A DNA stretch of 57,215 nt, taken from contig CAYZZF010000001.1 of NCBI GenBank assembly GCA_964483115.1, positions 85,907 through 143,121 of the forward strand, in the 5' to 3' direction. Within the stretch, counting starts at the first letter, position 1. Every line of letters begins with the position of its first letter. The notes beneath the pieces are model-generated. The model did not search any database. It had not been told where the DNA came from and saw nothing but the letters and a program-made list of their open reading frames with translations. This document shows positions 28,578 through 37,040 of the stretch, piece after piece. Made by a program: the position numbers and the translations under genes. Source of the stretch: an uncultured Gammaproteobacteria bacterium (GTDB lineage: Bacteria; Patescibacteriota; Microgenomatia; Levybacterales; UBA12049).

Positions 28578-29056
28578 TACGTTTAAAGCCCAAAATTGTC
28601 CTTTTTGACATCGACTATACACTTTTTGATACAGAGACATTTAAGAAAAGCAATCTTAAAATCTACAGGCTTTATGATGAGACAAGAGGCGTATTAAAAA
28701 AGCTTGCGAAATTTGTAGAAATTGGAATTTTTTCTCAGGGAGAAGACGAATTTCAGAGAAAAAAACTTAAACAGACTTTAATCTCTAACCATTTCCTAGA
28801 AAAAAATGTACATATTTTTCTTGATAAAGATGACAATGTAGAAAATATTTTAACTAAATATAAAGACTTGACTGTTTTTCTGGTCGATGATAAATTGGAA
28901 ATTCTTTGCTTAGCAAAGAAGATTGATAAAAATGTTTTTACAGTCTGGGTTAAAAGGGGGCCATTTGCTAAGAAGGAAGATAGAAAGAAGAATTTTACAC
29001 CTGATGTTGCAGTCTCAAATCTCAAAGAAATTATTGCAGTAATACTTAATACATAA
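28574..29056 (+). CDS. HAD-superfamily hydrolase (small, minimal cap)
   Basis: Motif I LFDIDYTLFD (DxDxT), motif II IFSQG, motif IV FLVDDK. 160 aa. GTG start overlaps the upstream stop. Confidence 0.6.
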   Translation: MIRLKPKIVLFDIDYTLFDTETFKKSNLKIYRLYDETRGVLKKLAKFVEIGIFSQGEDEFQRKKLKQTLISNHFLEKNVHIFLDKDDNVENILTKYKDLTVFLVDDKLEILCLAKKIDKNVFTVWVKRGPFAKKEDRKKNFTPDVAVSNLKEIIAVILNT

Positions 29057-29079
29057 TACTTTATACTTAATAAATTTTT

Positions 29080-30873
29080 ATGTGTGGCATATTCGGTTAT
29101 ATTGGTAAAAACAATAACGCTTCGCAAATTACGCTTGAGGGGCTAAAGCTTCTTGAATACAGGGGATATGATAGCTGGGGAATAGCGGCGAAGCCAAATC
29201 CAAAATCCAAAATCCAAAATCCAAAATTCATTATCAAGAAGCACGTTGGGAAGATTGGAAATGCTAGTCTTAAATCATTCATCATAAATCATAAATCGTC
29301 AATTGCAGTAGGGCATACAAGATGGGCAACTCATGGTGGAGTTACTGTAAAGAATGCTCATCCTCATTTAGATTGCACAAAGACCCTTGCAGTTGTTCAC
29401 AATGGAATTGTGGAAAACTTTCAGGAGTTAAAAGATGACCTTAGTAAAAGAGGACACAAATTTATTTCAGAGACAGATACCGAGGTTATTGTTCATCTTA
29501 TTGAAGATTTTTTGAAGAAAAAAGGGTTTGCATCATCTGTTCGCGACGCTTTCAATTCTTTGAAGGGTCTTAACGCAATTGTGGTTGCCAGTAGCAAATC
29601 TTCGGAGATCATCGCTGCCAAGAACGGCTCACCGCTTATCATTGGCATTGGCAGGGATGGATTGTATATTGCGTCAGACGCATCAGGAATTTTGAAACAT
29701 ACCAAAAAAGTTATTTTTCTTGAAGATAATCAGATGGCAATACTTGGCAAGGCAGTCAAATTAGTTAAATTGCCAAAAGGTGACAGATTGAGGCCACATA
29801 TCAAGACTTTAAGCTTTGGATTTAAGGAAGCAAATATAGGAAAGTATGAACACTTTATGGTAAAAGAAATCTATGAACAACCCGATGTTATTAAAAATAT
29901 TGCTCAGAACTACACTGATCAAATTCGAAACTTAGCAGATTTGGTAAAAATGGCAAAAGGAACTTTTTTTATAGGTGCCGGAACTGCTTTTCATGCATCG
30001 CTTGCAGGTGCCTACATATTTTCAAAAATTGCCCACAAACATGTAAATACTTCTGTCGCATCAGAATTTAACTATCTTGAGGATTTTCTTACGAAAGATA
30101 GTCTAATTATCGCTCTATCTCAAAGTGGAGAGACGATAGATGTCGTTGAACCCTTAAACAGAGCAAAAAAAAAGAAGAGCAAAATTGTTGCAATTACAAA
30201 TTCAATAGGTTCAACAATTTATAGAATAGCAGATTACAATGTGCTTCTTAACGCAGGAGTTGAGAAGGCGGTCGCATCCACCAAGGCTTATATAGCAAAG
30301 CTTGCTATTATTTTAATGCTTGTTCTGTTTTTGACTGAAAAAGCAAAAGAAGCCAGAACTGTTCTCCTTAAAACAGCAGGGGAGATTGAAAGAATTCTTA
30401 GCAAGAAGAATGTTGAAAAAATAAAACAGATTGCCAAAATCCTTTATAAGTCAAAAAATATATATATAATTGGGAGAGGAATTTCTTATCCTTCTGCACT
30501 TGAGGCAGCACTTAAAATCAAAGAGGTAAGTTATATTCCAGCGGAGGGTTTAGCCGGTGGGGAGCTAAAACATGGAACTATAGCCCTAATCGAGAAGGGG
30601 ACACCTTGTATTGTTTTTGCTCCAAAAGATGAAACCTATGAGTCAGTAATATCAAATGCGATAGAAATAAAATCACGGGGTGGGCTTATTATAGGTATTT
30701 CATCGCAAAATTTACCAGTTTTTGATTACTTTGTAGAAGTAAAAGATACAAAAGAGGCAACTTTTATATCCCAAATTATTCCCTCTCAAATTTTGGCTTA
30801 TTATCTTGCAGTTGAGAAAGGATATGATCCTGACAAGCCCCGCAATCTTGCCAAAAGCGTGACGGTAAAGTGA
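29080..30873 (+). CDS. glmS: Glutamine--fructose-6-phosphate aminotransferase (isomerizing)
   Basis: MCGIFGYIG (Ntn Cys2), GHTRWATHG, two SIS domains with LSQSGETID, and the C-terminal NLAKSVTVK (canonical ...KSVTVE-like end). Confidence 0.92.
   Translation: MCGIFGYIGKNNNASQITLEGLKLLEYRGYDSWGIAAKPNPKSKIQNPKFIIKKHVGKIGNASLKSFIINHKSSIAVGHTRWATHGGVTVKNAHPHLDCTKTLAVVHNGIVENFQELKDDLSKRGHKFISETDTEVIVHLIEDFLKKKGFASSVRDAFNSLKGLNAIVVASSKSSEIIAAKNGSPLIIGIGRDGLYIASDASGILKHTKKVIFLEDNQMAILGKAVKLVKLPKGDRLRPHIKTLSFGFKEANIGKYEHFMVKEIYEQPDVIKNIAQNYTDQIRNLADLVKMAKGTFFIGAGTAFHASLAGAYIFSKIAHKHVNTSVASEFNYLEDFLTKDSLIIALSQSGETIDVVEPLNRAKKKKSKIVAITNSIGSTIYRIADYNVLLNAGVEKAVASTKAYIAKLAIILMLVLFLTEKAKEARTVLLKTAGEIERILSKKNVEKIKQIAKILYKSKNIYIIGRGISYPSALEAALKIKEVSYIPAEGLAGGELKHGTIALIEKGTPCIVFAPKDETYESVISNAIEIKSRGGLIIGISSQNLPVFDYFVEVKDTKEATFISQIIPSQILAYYLAVEKGYDPDKPRNLAKSVTVK
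29194..29228 (+). repeat. Heptamer array CAAAATC x3 perfect (+2 variants) in glmS
   Basis: ccaaatc caaaatc x3 caaaatt. Encodes KPNPKSKIQNPKF between the conserved GYDSWGIA and GHTRWATHG blocks. Confidence 0.95.
29270..29300 (+). repeat. Degenerate heptamer array NTAAATC-type in glmS
   Basis: ttaaatc attcatc ataaatc ataaatc. Encodes LKSFIINHKS. Confidence 0.7.
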
Positions 30874-30892
30874 AATGAAGTTTGACAAAAGG

Positions 30893-30922
30893 TTGACAAA
30901 AGAAAGTTTTTGGTGATATAAC
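30893..30922 (+). promoter_or_regulatory. Candidate promoter of the S8 protease gene (TTGACA-18-TGaTATAAC), -10 ending 9 nt before the ATG
   Basis: TTGACA at 30893-30898 (a second tTTGACA copy lies 11 bp upstream). Extended -10 tgatataac at 30914-30922. ATG at 30932. Confidence 0.45.
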
Positions 30923-30931
30923 AAACAATAG

Positions 30932-32290
30932 ATGAAAAAATATCTTGTCCTGATTTTAATACTTGCATTTTCCTTAATCTTTTTAAGAAACTCTAGATTC
31001 TCTATTCATGCCGCAAACATTAAGGTGCCATCATTAGCAACAAACAGAATAATAGTAAAATTTCGTCCAAAGACCCCGCCGGACGTCCAGAACAACTTGA
31101 TAAAAAGCTTCGGAATTTATCAGAAAGAAAAATTAAGACTGACTGACACTTTTGTTTTACCGGTCCCTGAAGGTAGAGTGGTGGAATTTATTAATAAATT
31201 TCTCAAAAATAAGAATATTGAATATGCGGAGGAAGATCGTATTGCAACTATTCTTGAAGTGCCAAACGATCCTTATTATCCGCAGCAGTGGGGACTTTCA
31301 AAAATTCAAGCCGCTTCAGCTTGGAATATAACTTATGGTTTGAGTAGTGTTGATATAGCTATTGTTGATACAGGTATTGATGGATCTCATCCTGATCTAT
31401 CTTCGAAAATTGTTGCTTCAGCAGATTGTACAGTTTCTGTGAATTGTACAGCAACATCTCCTTTTGACAATAACGGACATGGGACACATGTAGCTGGAAT
31501 TGCCGCAGCAGTTACAAATAATGGTATTGGAATTGCAGGTACAGGGTACAACACCAGTCTTATTTCTGTTAAAGTTTTAGACAGTTCGGGTAACGGTTAT
31601 TATTCTTGGGTAGCAAATGGTATAGTTTGGGCGGCAGACCATGGCGCAAAGGTAATAAATCTAAGCCTTGGTGGGTCATCCCCTTCTTCTACATTATCCA
31701 ACGCTGTTTCTTATGCATGGAACAGAGGAGTTGTCATCGCAGCAGCAGCTGGTAATGATAATACTTCAAGACGTCTTTATCCTGCATATTATTCACAAGT
31801 TCTATCAGTTGCGGCAACTGACCAAACTGATCAGAAAGCCTGGTTTTCAAACTTTGGGTCTTGGGTAAAACTTGCTGCTCCTGGTGTTGATATTTTTTCA
31901 ACATATAATAACGGCGATTATACAACTCTTTCCGGGACTTCTATGGCAACTCCTTTTGTCTCAGGTGTTGCAGGGCTTGTTTTTGGAGAGCATCCAACTT
32001 GGACAAATTCTCAAGTTAGAGACAAGATTGAATCCACTGCAGATAAGATTTCAGGAACCGGATCTTATTGGCAGTACGGTAGAATAAATGCGTGTAGTGC
32101 AGTTGACTGCAATACGTCAATAAATCCAACTCCGACACCTACACCAACATTAACACCAATCCCAACACCAACACCAACGCCTACCCCAACTTTAACTACT
32201 ACCCCGACTCCAACTCTTACTCCAACACTAAGTCCAACCCCCACTCCGATTCCCCGGTGGTGTATCCGCTGGCCATTTTTGTGTAGATAA
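30932..32290 (+). CDS. Secreted subtilisin-like serine protease (peptidase S8) with a C-terminal Pro/Thr-rich tail
   Basis: Signal peptide, inhibitor_I9-like propeptide, catalytic D (VDTGID), H (HGTHVAG), N (NLSLGG) and S (SGTSMATP). The PT-rich tail ends in a Cys-containing RWCIRWPFLCR. Confidence 0.85.
   Translation: MKKYLVLILILAFSLIFLRNSRFSIHAANIKVPSLATNRIIVKFRPKTPPDVQNNLIKSFGIYQKEKLRLTDTFVLPVPEGRVVEFINKFLKNKNIEYAEEDRIATILEVPNDPYYPQQWGLSKIQAASAWNITYGLSSVDIAIVDTGIDGSHPDLSSKIVASADCTVSVNCTATSPFDNNGHGTHVAGIAAAVTNNGIGIAGTGYNTSLISVKVLDSSGNGYYSWVANGIVWAADHGAKVINLSLGGSSPSSTLSNAVSYAWNRGVVIAAAAGNDNTSRRLYPAYYSQVLSVAATDQTDQKAWFSNFGSWVKLAAPGVDIFSTYNNGDYTTLSGTSMATPFVSGVAGLVFGEHPTWTNSQVRDKIESTADKISGTGSYWQYGRINACSAVDCNTSINPTPTPTPTLTPIPTPTPTPTPTLTTTPTPTLTPTLSPTPTPIPRWCIRWPFLCR
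32124..32256 (+). repeat. Low-complexity Pro/Thr-coding tract (ccaaca/ccgaca-type units)
   Basis: Encodes PTPTPTPTLTPIPTPTPTPTPTLTTTPTPTLTPTLSPTPTP at the C-terminus of the S8 protease. Confidence 0.8.
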
Positions 32291-32333
32291 ATCTCTTGAC
32301 ACAGTATATATAATAGTATAAGTCTTCTAATTT

Positions 32334-32849
32334 ATGAAAAATATTAAACTTCTTATAATTCTTGTAATTATTCTTATTGTTGCTGTTATTGAGCAAAAAA
32401 GTTTTATTAGTAAATCGCAAAAACAAGTCAACATCTTAAAACCGACTAAATCTTCAGCCCCATCAGTTACCCCAACCCCTACTGTTTTTCAAAATGCAAA
32501 CAATCAGAATAAAAATGTGCAGATGCCAACTACTACTCCGATACCTACTCAAACCGCTAATAACAACACTGATATTTCCTCTTTCATTTATCTAAATTCT
32601 ACAACGATCAGTTCGGGAAATAAGAATTTGATTTTGCAAAGTTTTGATGATCCACAGGTTATTACAAATTGGTACAAAGATAGGATAACAAATATAGGCA
32701 TGAGTGCTAAATCATTTATTACCACAAATACCAACGGAGATATTCTCAATAAACTTGCTGGAGCAAATGGGTCGATGCAGGTTGAAGTTACAATTTCAAA
32801 AAAAAGCTCAGAATCTAGGGTAAAAATTAAAATTGAGATTACACCTTGA
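32334..32849 (+). CDS. Hypothetical membrane-anchored/secreted protein with a Pro/Thr-rich linker
   Basis: 171-aa ORF with an N-terminal TM segment (LLIILVIILIVAVI), then a PT-rich linker and a small globular domain. Confidence 0.45.
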   Translation: MKNIKLLIILVIILIVAVIEQKSFISKSQKQVNILKPTKSSAPSVTPTPTVFQNANNQNKNVQMPTTTPIPTQTANNNTDISSFIYLNSTTISSGNKNLILQSFDDPQVITNWYKDRITNIGMSAKSFITTNTNGDILNKLAGANGSMQVEVTISKKSSESRVKIKIEITP

Positions 32850-32880
32850 TACCTCAGAAAAACTTATTGGTGCCAAGATA

Positions 32881-34383
32881 TCAAAAATTTTTTACAAAAA
32901 TTCCAGAATATTTATTATAGTATACCAGCTTCCATTTTCCTTCTTTGACTAATTCAATAAGCCTATTGTATACCGGTTTTTCAAAAGACATATAAGCTGC
33001 ATTATATTTTGTTTTATCAATATCGGTTATATTTTGTTCAATTGCATAATACTGATCAAACGCGCTATAACCATTCTTATCGCGCCATAAATGCATTCTG
33101 CCGTCAATAGTAGGTTTTATTTTTGGATAATTCCAGATCAGCCACCCGCCCCAATTATACAATGTAAAAAGTTTTTTCTCCTCTAAATCATTTTTGATAA
33201 TAAAATCTGCTGCCTTTTCAGAACAATAATAATAAGTGCAATACTTACTCCATGAGAAATTGTAATATTGCGAGAGAGGGAGTTTGAAATACGCTATTGG
33301 GATGCCTATAACGAGAAGAATTAAACTACCCGATATATATTGATATTTTTTCTGGTTTGGCTCAAGGAAGTGAACGAGGGGTTTTAAAAGAGGAATAGAA
33401 AGATAATACATCATCCAGGCGTACCTTCTAACAGAAAGAGAAAGAGCATAAGTTACCAAAAATATTGAAGTCTCTGGGATTTTTCTTACAAGTTTATTTT
33501 CGGCAAACAGAATAATCATTCCCCAAAAAGCAAGAACCAAAACTGCAACAAGATTCCACCACGGAGTTGAAAGATCATTAAACGGAAGATACTCAGCAAT
33601 TAATTTTAGATCGGGGTTAATAAGATAGCGGAGTACTTCTTTATAAATACCTATCCCAAATGGGTTAACCAAAGTAGCAAACGCTGATAGAAAAAAGATC
33701 AACACTAATAATTTTGCTTCTTTGGATATTTCGTGGGATTTAATTTTAAGCAGAAAATGATCAGCGATTAGTTTAACAACTACCCATCCCAAAAAAAGAA
33801 GCAGTCCACCCAAAAACTCTCCGTCTATGCCTGACCATACTAAAAATACGAACGGAAGAATATAGATTATTTTTTTATTTTCCCGATAGATACTTAATAA
33901 ATAAAATAATACACCAAGAAACATAAGGTTTAGTAATTGTCCTCGAAAAGAAACAGAATTTACAGGGTATATAAAATAGACAAGAAGAGGAAAAATCAGA
34001 GATTCTTCAAAAAAAGAAAGTCTTGCCGCTTTTGAAAAAAAATAAAAAGTAAAAGTTATTACCAATGCTCCAAGAATGACTAAACCTACGAAACCAAAAT
34101 TATGAAATATGAAATATGAGATGGGGTCTGTCATCCAGGAAGTGTTTACCCATTTATAATCAGGCATAAGCTGCGAAAAAGGATTATCTCGCAACACTCC
34201 TCCATATTTTAAAAAATATTCACCATATTTTAAATGCCAGCCTAAGTCCGGGTCAATTGGGAAATATAAAGATGCAATGAATACAAATAAAAAAGGAAGA
34301 AAATCTAATATGAACCTAAGGCGTAGCCTCACTATCATTTCTGAGGCGATATTTTTAGAGGTTTTCTTCAGCATAAGGGGCAT
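32881..34383 (-). CDS. Polytopic membrane protein, putative GT-C-type glycosyltransferase
   Basis: 500-aa ORF with >10 hydrophobic helices. The first loop IDPDLGWHLKYGEYF carries the acidic motif typical of GT-C enzymes. The real start may be the ATG at 34374 (see promoter). Confidence 0.45.
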   Translation of the reverse strand: MPLMLKKTSKNIASEMIVRLRLRFILDFLPFLFVFIASLYFPIDPDLGWHLKYGEYFLKYGGVLRDNPFSQLMPDYKWVNTSWMTDPISYFIFHNFGFVGLVILGALVITFTFYFFSKAARLSFFEESLIFPLLVYFIYPVNSVSFRGQLLNLMFLGVLFYLLSIYRENKKIIYILPFVFLVWSGIDGEFLGGLLLFLGWVVVKLIADHFLLKIKSHEISKEAKLLVLIFFLSAFATLVNPFGIGIYKEVLRYLINPDLKLIAEYLPFNDLSTPWWNLVAVLVLAFWGMIILFAENKLVRKIPETSIFLVTYALSLSVRRYAWMMYYLSIPLLKPLVHFLEPNQKKYQYISGSLILLVIGIPIAYFKLPLSQYYNFSWSKYCTYYYCSEKAADFIIKNDLEEKKLFTLYNWGGWLIWNYPKIKPTIDGRMHLWRDKNGYSAFDQYYAIEQNITDIDKTKYNAAYMSFEKPVYNRLIELVKEGKWKLVYYNKYSGIFVKNF

Positions 34384-34412
34384 AGTATAGCAATTTTGGC
34401 AGGGCTTGACAA
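34384..34412 (-). promoter_or_regulatory. Candidate minus-strand promoter TTGTCA-17-(TGc)TATACT abutting the annotated ATG
   Basis: Minus strand reads ttgtca agccctgccaaaattgc tatact atg. The -35 box shares bases with the plus-strand TTGACA at 34406-34411. Confidence 0.4.
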
Positions 34413-34434
34413 CAAAAACCCTTTCTGATAGTAT
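34406..34434 (+). promoter_or_regulatory. Candidate plus-strand promoter TTGACA-17-TAGTAT
   Basis: ttgaca at 34406-34411, a 17-nt spacer, tagtat at 34429-34434. Confidence 0.45.
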
Positions 34435-34453
34435 CCTGGTTACCAGCGCGTAT

Positions 34454-34481
34454 AACTGTCCTTCTCAATGGACAGTTTTTT
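34454..34481 (+). terminator. Intrinsic-terminator-like hairpin (8-bp stem AACTGTCC/GGACAGTT, then T6) inside the 5' leader of the 34502 gene
   Basis: aactgtcc ttctcaat ggacagtt tttt. Lies ~15 nt downstream of the predicted TSS and 20 nt upstream of the ATG. Confidence 0.5.
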
Positions 34482-34501
34482 AGTTAAAATAAAAAAATAT
34501 T

Positions 34502-35227
34502 ATGGAAGAAAATAGGCAAACAATATCAGTCTATATTCCACTAAAAAAGCTACTTACGCGATTTGAAATTTCTTATAATGCAGTTGCGCAAAGAAGTAAT
34601 CGATTTAATTTTAGACTTTCACAATTCAGACAGAGACTTAATTTCCAAAGCTTGAAATTTCAAAAAAAATTTTTTCAGTACCTATTAGGTATTATAATAA
34701 TAGTTTTGATTCTAGTTGCAGGTGTTAAGATAATCGATTCAATATTTTCGAACAAACAGTCGTTATCGCAGACTCTTGGTAAATCAAGTGAGATAAAAAT
34801 AGCAGATCCACTGTCAACTGAAAAATTAAATAAAGGCTTTAAATTTTCTTTAAGAGATGATAACGGAAAAGAAATAGCTACATTTGCATATACCATCGAA
34901 TCGGCAGAACTACGTAAAGAGATTTTAGTAAAAGGGCAAAAAGCAACAGCCATTAGTGGTAGAATATTTTTAGTTATTAATCTTAAGATTGTTAACACGC
35001 TTAAACAAGGAATTACTGTTAACACCAAAGACTACATAAGATTGTCTGTTAACAATAATAAAGAATTACTTGCTCCCGACATTCACAATGATCCTGTCGA
35101 TGTGCAAGCAATTTCTACCAAATATACTCGTGTAGGGTTTGCAATAAACGAAAGCGACCGCAATCTCACACTGCAAGTGGGAGAAATTGATGGAAGAAAA
35201 GAAACAATCAAGCTGAGCTTTAAATAA
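34502..35227 (+). CDS. Hypothetical membrane-anchored protein, possibly DUF4352-like beta-sandwich ectodomain
   Basis: 241-aa ORF with one TM segment (LLGIIIIVLILVAGV). The segment GRIFLVINLKIVNTLKQGITVNTKDYIRL resembles the DUF4352 core (from memory, unverified). Confidence 0.4.
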   Translation: MEENRQTISVYIPLKKLLTRFEISYNAVAQRSNRFNFRLSQFRQRLNFQSLKFQKKFFQYLLGIIIIVLILVAGVKIIDSIFSNKQSLSQTLGKSSEIKIADPLSTEKLNKGFKFSLRDDNGKEIATFAYTIESAELRKEILVKGQKATAISGRIFLVINLKIVNTLKQGITVNTKDYIRLSVNNNKELLAPDIHNDPVDVQAISTKYTRVGFAINESDRNLTLQVGEIDGRKETIKLSFK

Positions 35228-35228
35228 T

Positions 35229-35474
35229 ATGGTGCGTTCTTCAAAAGATACTGTTGCCATACTAAATGAAATACAGAAAGCACTGGATGATATGGTGTTT
35301 GGAAGCGTAGAGCTTTATGTTCAAAACCGCAAAGTCACCCAAATAACGGTTCGCCACATAAAAAAGACAAGTATAGCAACTCAATCCGAAAGCAAACTGT
35401 TAGAAGATAGTAAGAATGCAAAAAAACTATTGACAAACAGAAAAGACATCAGTATACTTGCTAATGTAGATTAG
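35229..35474 (+). CDS. Small YezD-like (DUF2292-like) protein
   Basis: 81-aa ORF. ALDDMVFGSVELYVQNRKVTQITVRHIKK resembles the DUF2292 core G-S-V-x-I-x-V-q-d-G-k-V. Start is 2 nt after the upstream stop. Confidence 0.45.
   Translation: MVRSSKDTVAILNEIQKALDDMVFGSVELYVQNRKVTQITVRHIKKTSIATQSESKLLEDSKNAKKLLTNRKDISILANVD
35430..35458 (+). promoter_or_regulatory. Candidate promoter TTGACA-17-TATACT inside the 3' end of the YezD-like gene
   Basis: ttgaca at 35430-35435, a 17-nt spacer, tatact at 35453-35458. Would start an ~200-nt leader for the 35668 gene. Confidence 0.4.
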
Positions 35475-35496
35475 TCCAATAGAACAAGCTGACCGC

Positions 35497-35552
35497 AAAC
35501 GGAGGCTTTTCTTTCCAACGAAAGTTGGTGAGAGGAGTCTCCGTTTTTGTTT
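35497..35552 (+). terminator. Long hairpin plus T-tract (intrinsic terminator or attenuator)
   Basis: AAACGGAGGC (35497-35506) pairs with GTCTCCGTTT (35537-35546). It encloses an inner CCAAC-GAAA-GTTGG tetraloop hairpin and is followed by tttttgttt. The downstream AAAAACGG (35553-35560) can pair alternatively with CCGTTTTT. Confidence 0.5.
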
Positions 35553-35667
35553 AAAAACGGAAGCCCGCCTTCTCCTGCGCAGCAGGATTCGGCGAGGCAA
35601 AGGAAGTGCAATCCGCCGCATCAAACGCGGAATCGGAAATATATAAAAGGGAGGGGGTGAATATATA
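35553..35667 (+). promoter_or_regulatory. GC-rich structured 5' leader of unknown class upstream of the first repeat-protein gene
   Basis: Clearly more GC-rich than its surroundings. Hairpins at 35563-35598 (inner CCTGC-gca-GCAGG) and 35610-35633 (TCCGC...GCGGA). Strong SD GGGAGGGGGTG before the ATG at 35668. Confidence 0.35.
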
Positions 35668-36936
35668 ATGCATGATACAAAGAGAAAATTAGTAACAGCA
35701 ATTGCAACCGGAGCGCTTTTACTTAATGCATTTGTACCTGTTGCATTCGCAACCACCACTATAGAGATTACTGGTAACGGCGTTGGTTCTGATAATTATG
35801 CAAACGTTACTCAAACGAGTAATACTGTTGTTAATCAAACCAATAATGCAACCGTCACTAACAATGTTAACGCAACTGCAGATACCGGAGACAATAAAGC
35901 AAAGTTCAACACCGGTGGAAGCGTGACAGTTAATACTGGTGATGCAAACGTTACAGCCAACGTCTCAAACACTCTAAATTCCAATGCGGCACAAGCAAAC
36001 TGTTGTCAAACAGGGAATACGGACGTTCTAATAGACGGTAATGGTGTGTTTTCAACTAATACTGTTAATCTTACTCAAAATAGTAAGACAACTGTAACTC
36101 AGACTAACACCGCAAACGTTACCAACAATGTTGACGCAAATGCAGACACCGGAAACAACAATGCAAAATGGAATACTGGTGGAGACGTTACCGTTAGCAC
36201 AGGAAATGCAACAGTAAATGTTGATGTTTCAACTCAGGCCAATGCAAACTGGGCAAAAGTCAGTCCGGCAGCAGGCTCTGGGCCATCAACCGACGTAAGT
36301 CTTAAAATCTTGGGCAATGGCGTTGGCAGCGATAACTTTATTGGTGCCACTCTAACCAAGAACACAACAGTAAATCAAAATAATAGCGCTTACGTTAATA
36401 ACGACGTTAATGCAAACGCAGAAACCGGAGACAATGAAGCAAAGTTTAATACCGGAGGAGACGTAACAGTTGATACCGGAAATGCCAAAGTTATGGGAGA
36501 CGTAAATAATATGGTTAACTTTAACTGGGCAGATGTGAACTGCGGATGTGCTTTCGGGCTTACTGCAAAAATTGCTGGAAATGGAGCAGACCTTTTTGAC
36601 AACGGTCCACACGATGATAATACCATCACTGCAGCATTAACAAGTTTGCAGAGCGCCTTACAAGGCAATATTGCGAACTTGAGCAATAACGTTGATGGCG
36701 ATGCAGATACCGGAGACAACAGTGCAAAATGGAACACTGGTGATGTACAAGGAGTAGATGATGCTTCTGTGGTAACTGGTGATGCAACTGATAACTTCGG
36801 TACTCAAAACAGCGGAAATTCTAATGTTTTGGGCAGTGTGCCTCCATTGCAATGGCCAGATATGCCTCCTGTTAATGTAACAATTGACTGGAGTGCTCTT
36901 TTGTCATTCTTTGGAATGTTTGTACACAGCGGTTAA
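35668..36936 (+). CDS. Secreted Asn/Thr/Gly-rich repeat protein (four ~90-aa modules), family unknown
   Basis: Signal peptide MHDTKRKLVTAIATGALLLNAFVPVAFA. Modules start at I/L-x-G-N-G (aa 34, 122, 214, 302). Each contains N-x-V-x-A-x-A-D/E-T-G-x-N-x-A-K-F/W-N-T-G-G-D-V-T-V-x-T-G-x-A. Cys pairs NCCQ and NCGCA occur. Confidence 0.8.
   Translation: MHDTKRKLVTAIATGALLLNAFVPVAFATTTIEITGNGVGSDNYANVTQTSNTVVNQTNNATVTNNVNATADTGDNKAKFNTGGSVTVNTGDANVTANVSNTLNSNAAQANCCQTGNTDVLIDGNGVFSTNTVNLTQNSKTTVTQTNTANVTNNVDANADTGNNNAKWNTGGDVTVSTGNATVNVDVSTQANANWAKVSPAAGSGPSTDVSLKILGNGVGSDNFIGATLTKNTTVNQNNSAYVNNDVNANAETGDNEAKFNTGGDVTVDTGNAKVMGDVNNMVNFNWADVNCGCAFGLTAKIAGNGADLFDNGPHDDNTITAALTSLQSALQGNIANLSNNVDGDADTGDNSAKWNTGDVQGVDDASVVTGDATDNFGTQNSGNSNVLGSVPPLQWPDMPPVNVTIDWSALLSFFGMFVHSG
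35764..36790 (+). repeat. Four diverged ~264-276-bp coding modules (intragenic repeat)
   Basis: Module starts at ~35767, 36031, 36307 and 36571. Core DNA words such as gcagaYaccggaRacaa...aaYaccggWgga recur. Confidence 0.7.
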
Positions 36937-36948
36937 ATCCTGTAAAAA

Positions 36949-36987
36949 GTAGGGTTGTCTACTTGCACTTCAGTTAGACAACCCTAC
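36949..36987 (+). terminator. 13-bp perfect hairpin after the first repeat-protein gene (no clear T-tract)
   Basis: GTAGGGTTGTCTA (36949-36961), a 13-nt loop, then TAGACAACCCTAC (36975-36987). Followed by A-rich sequence, so it is either an atypical terminator or a processing/stability element. Confidence 0.4.
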
Positions 36988-36998
36988 GAAACAGGAAT

Positions 36999-37030
36999 AA
37001 AAAATTCAAAATTAAAAATTAAAAAAAATT
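36999..37030 (+). repeat. Intergenic 7-bp-periodic A-rich array (aaaaatt caaaatt aaaaatt ...)
   Basis: Same unit family as the intragenic arrays. Lies just upstream of the 37041 start. Confidence 0.6.
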
Positions 37031-37040
37031 AATAAAAAAA

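Noticed and set aside
35475-35667. Considered a c-di-GMP (GEMM-type) or glycine riboswitch identity for the GC-rich leader. Fragments such as CCGCAAACGGAGGC and GGCAAAGGAAG are reminiscent of those families.
   Set aside because: Only short word matches exist, and I could not reproduce the conserved helices and junctions of either family by hand. It is left as an unknown-class leader.
35427-35759. 110-aa minus-strand ORF covering the leader region.
   Set aside because: It is an Arg/Pro-rich translation of a GC-rich structured region with no SD. It is antisense to a promoter, terminator and the start of a well-supported gene.
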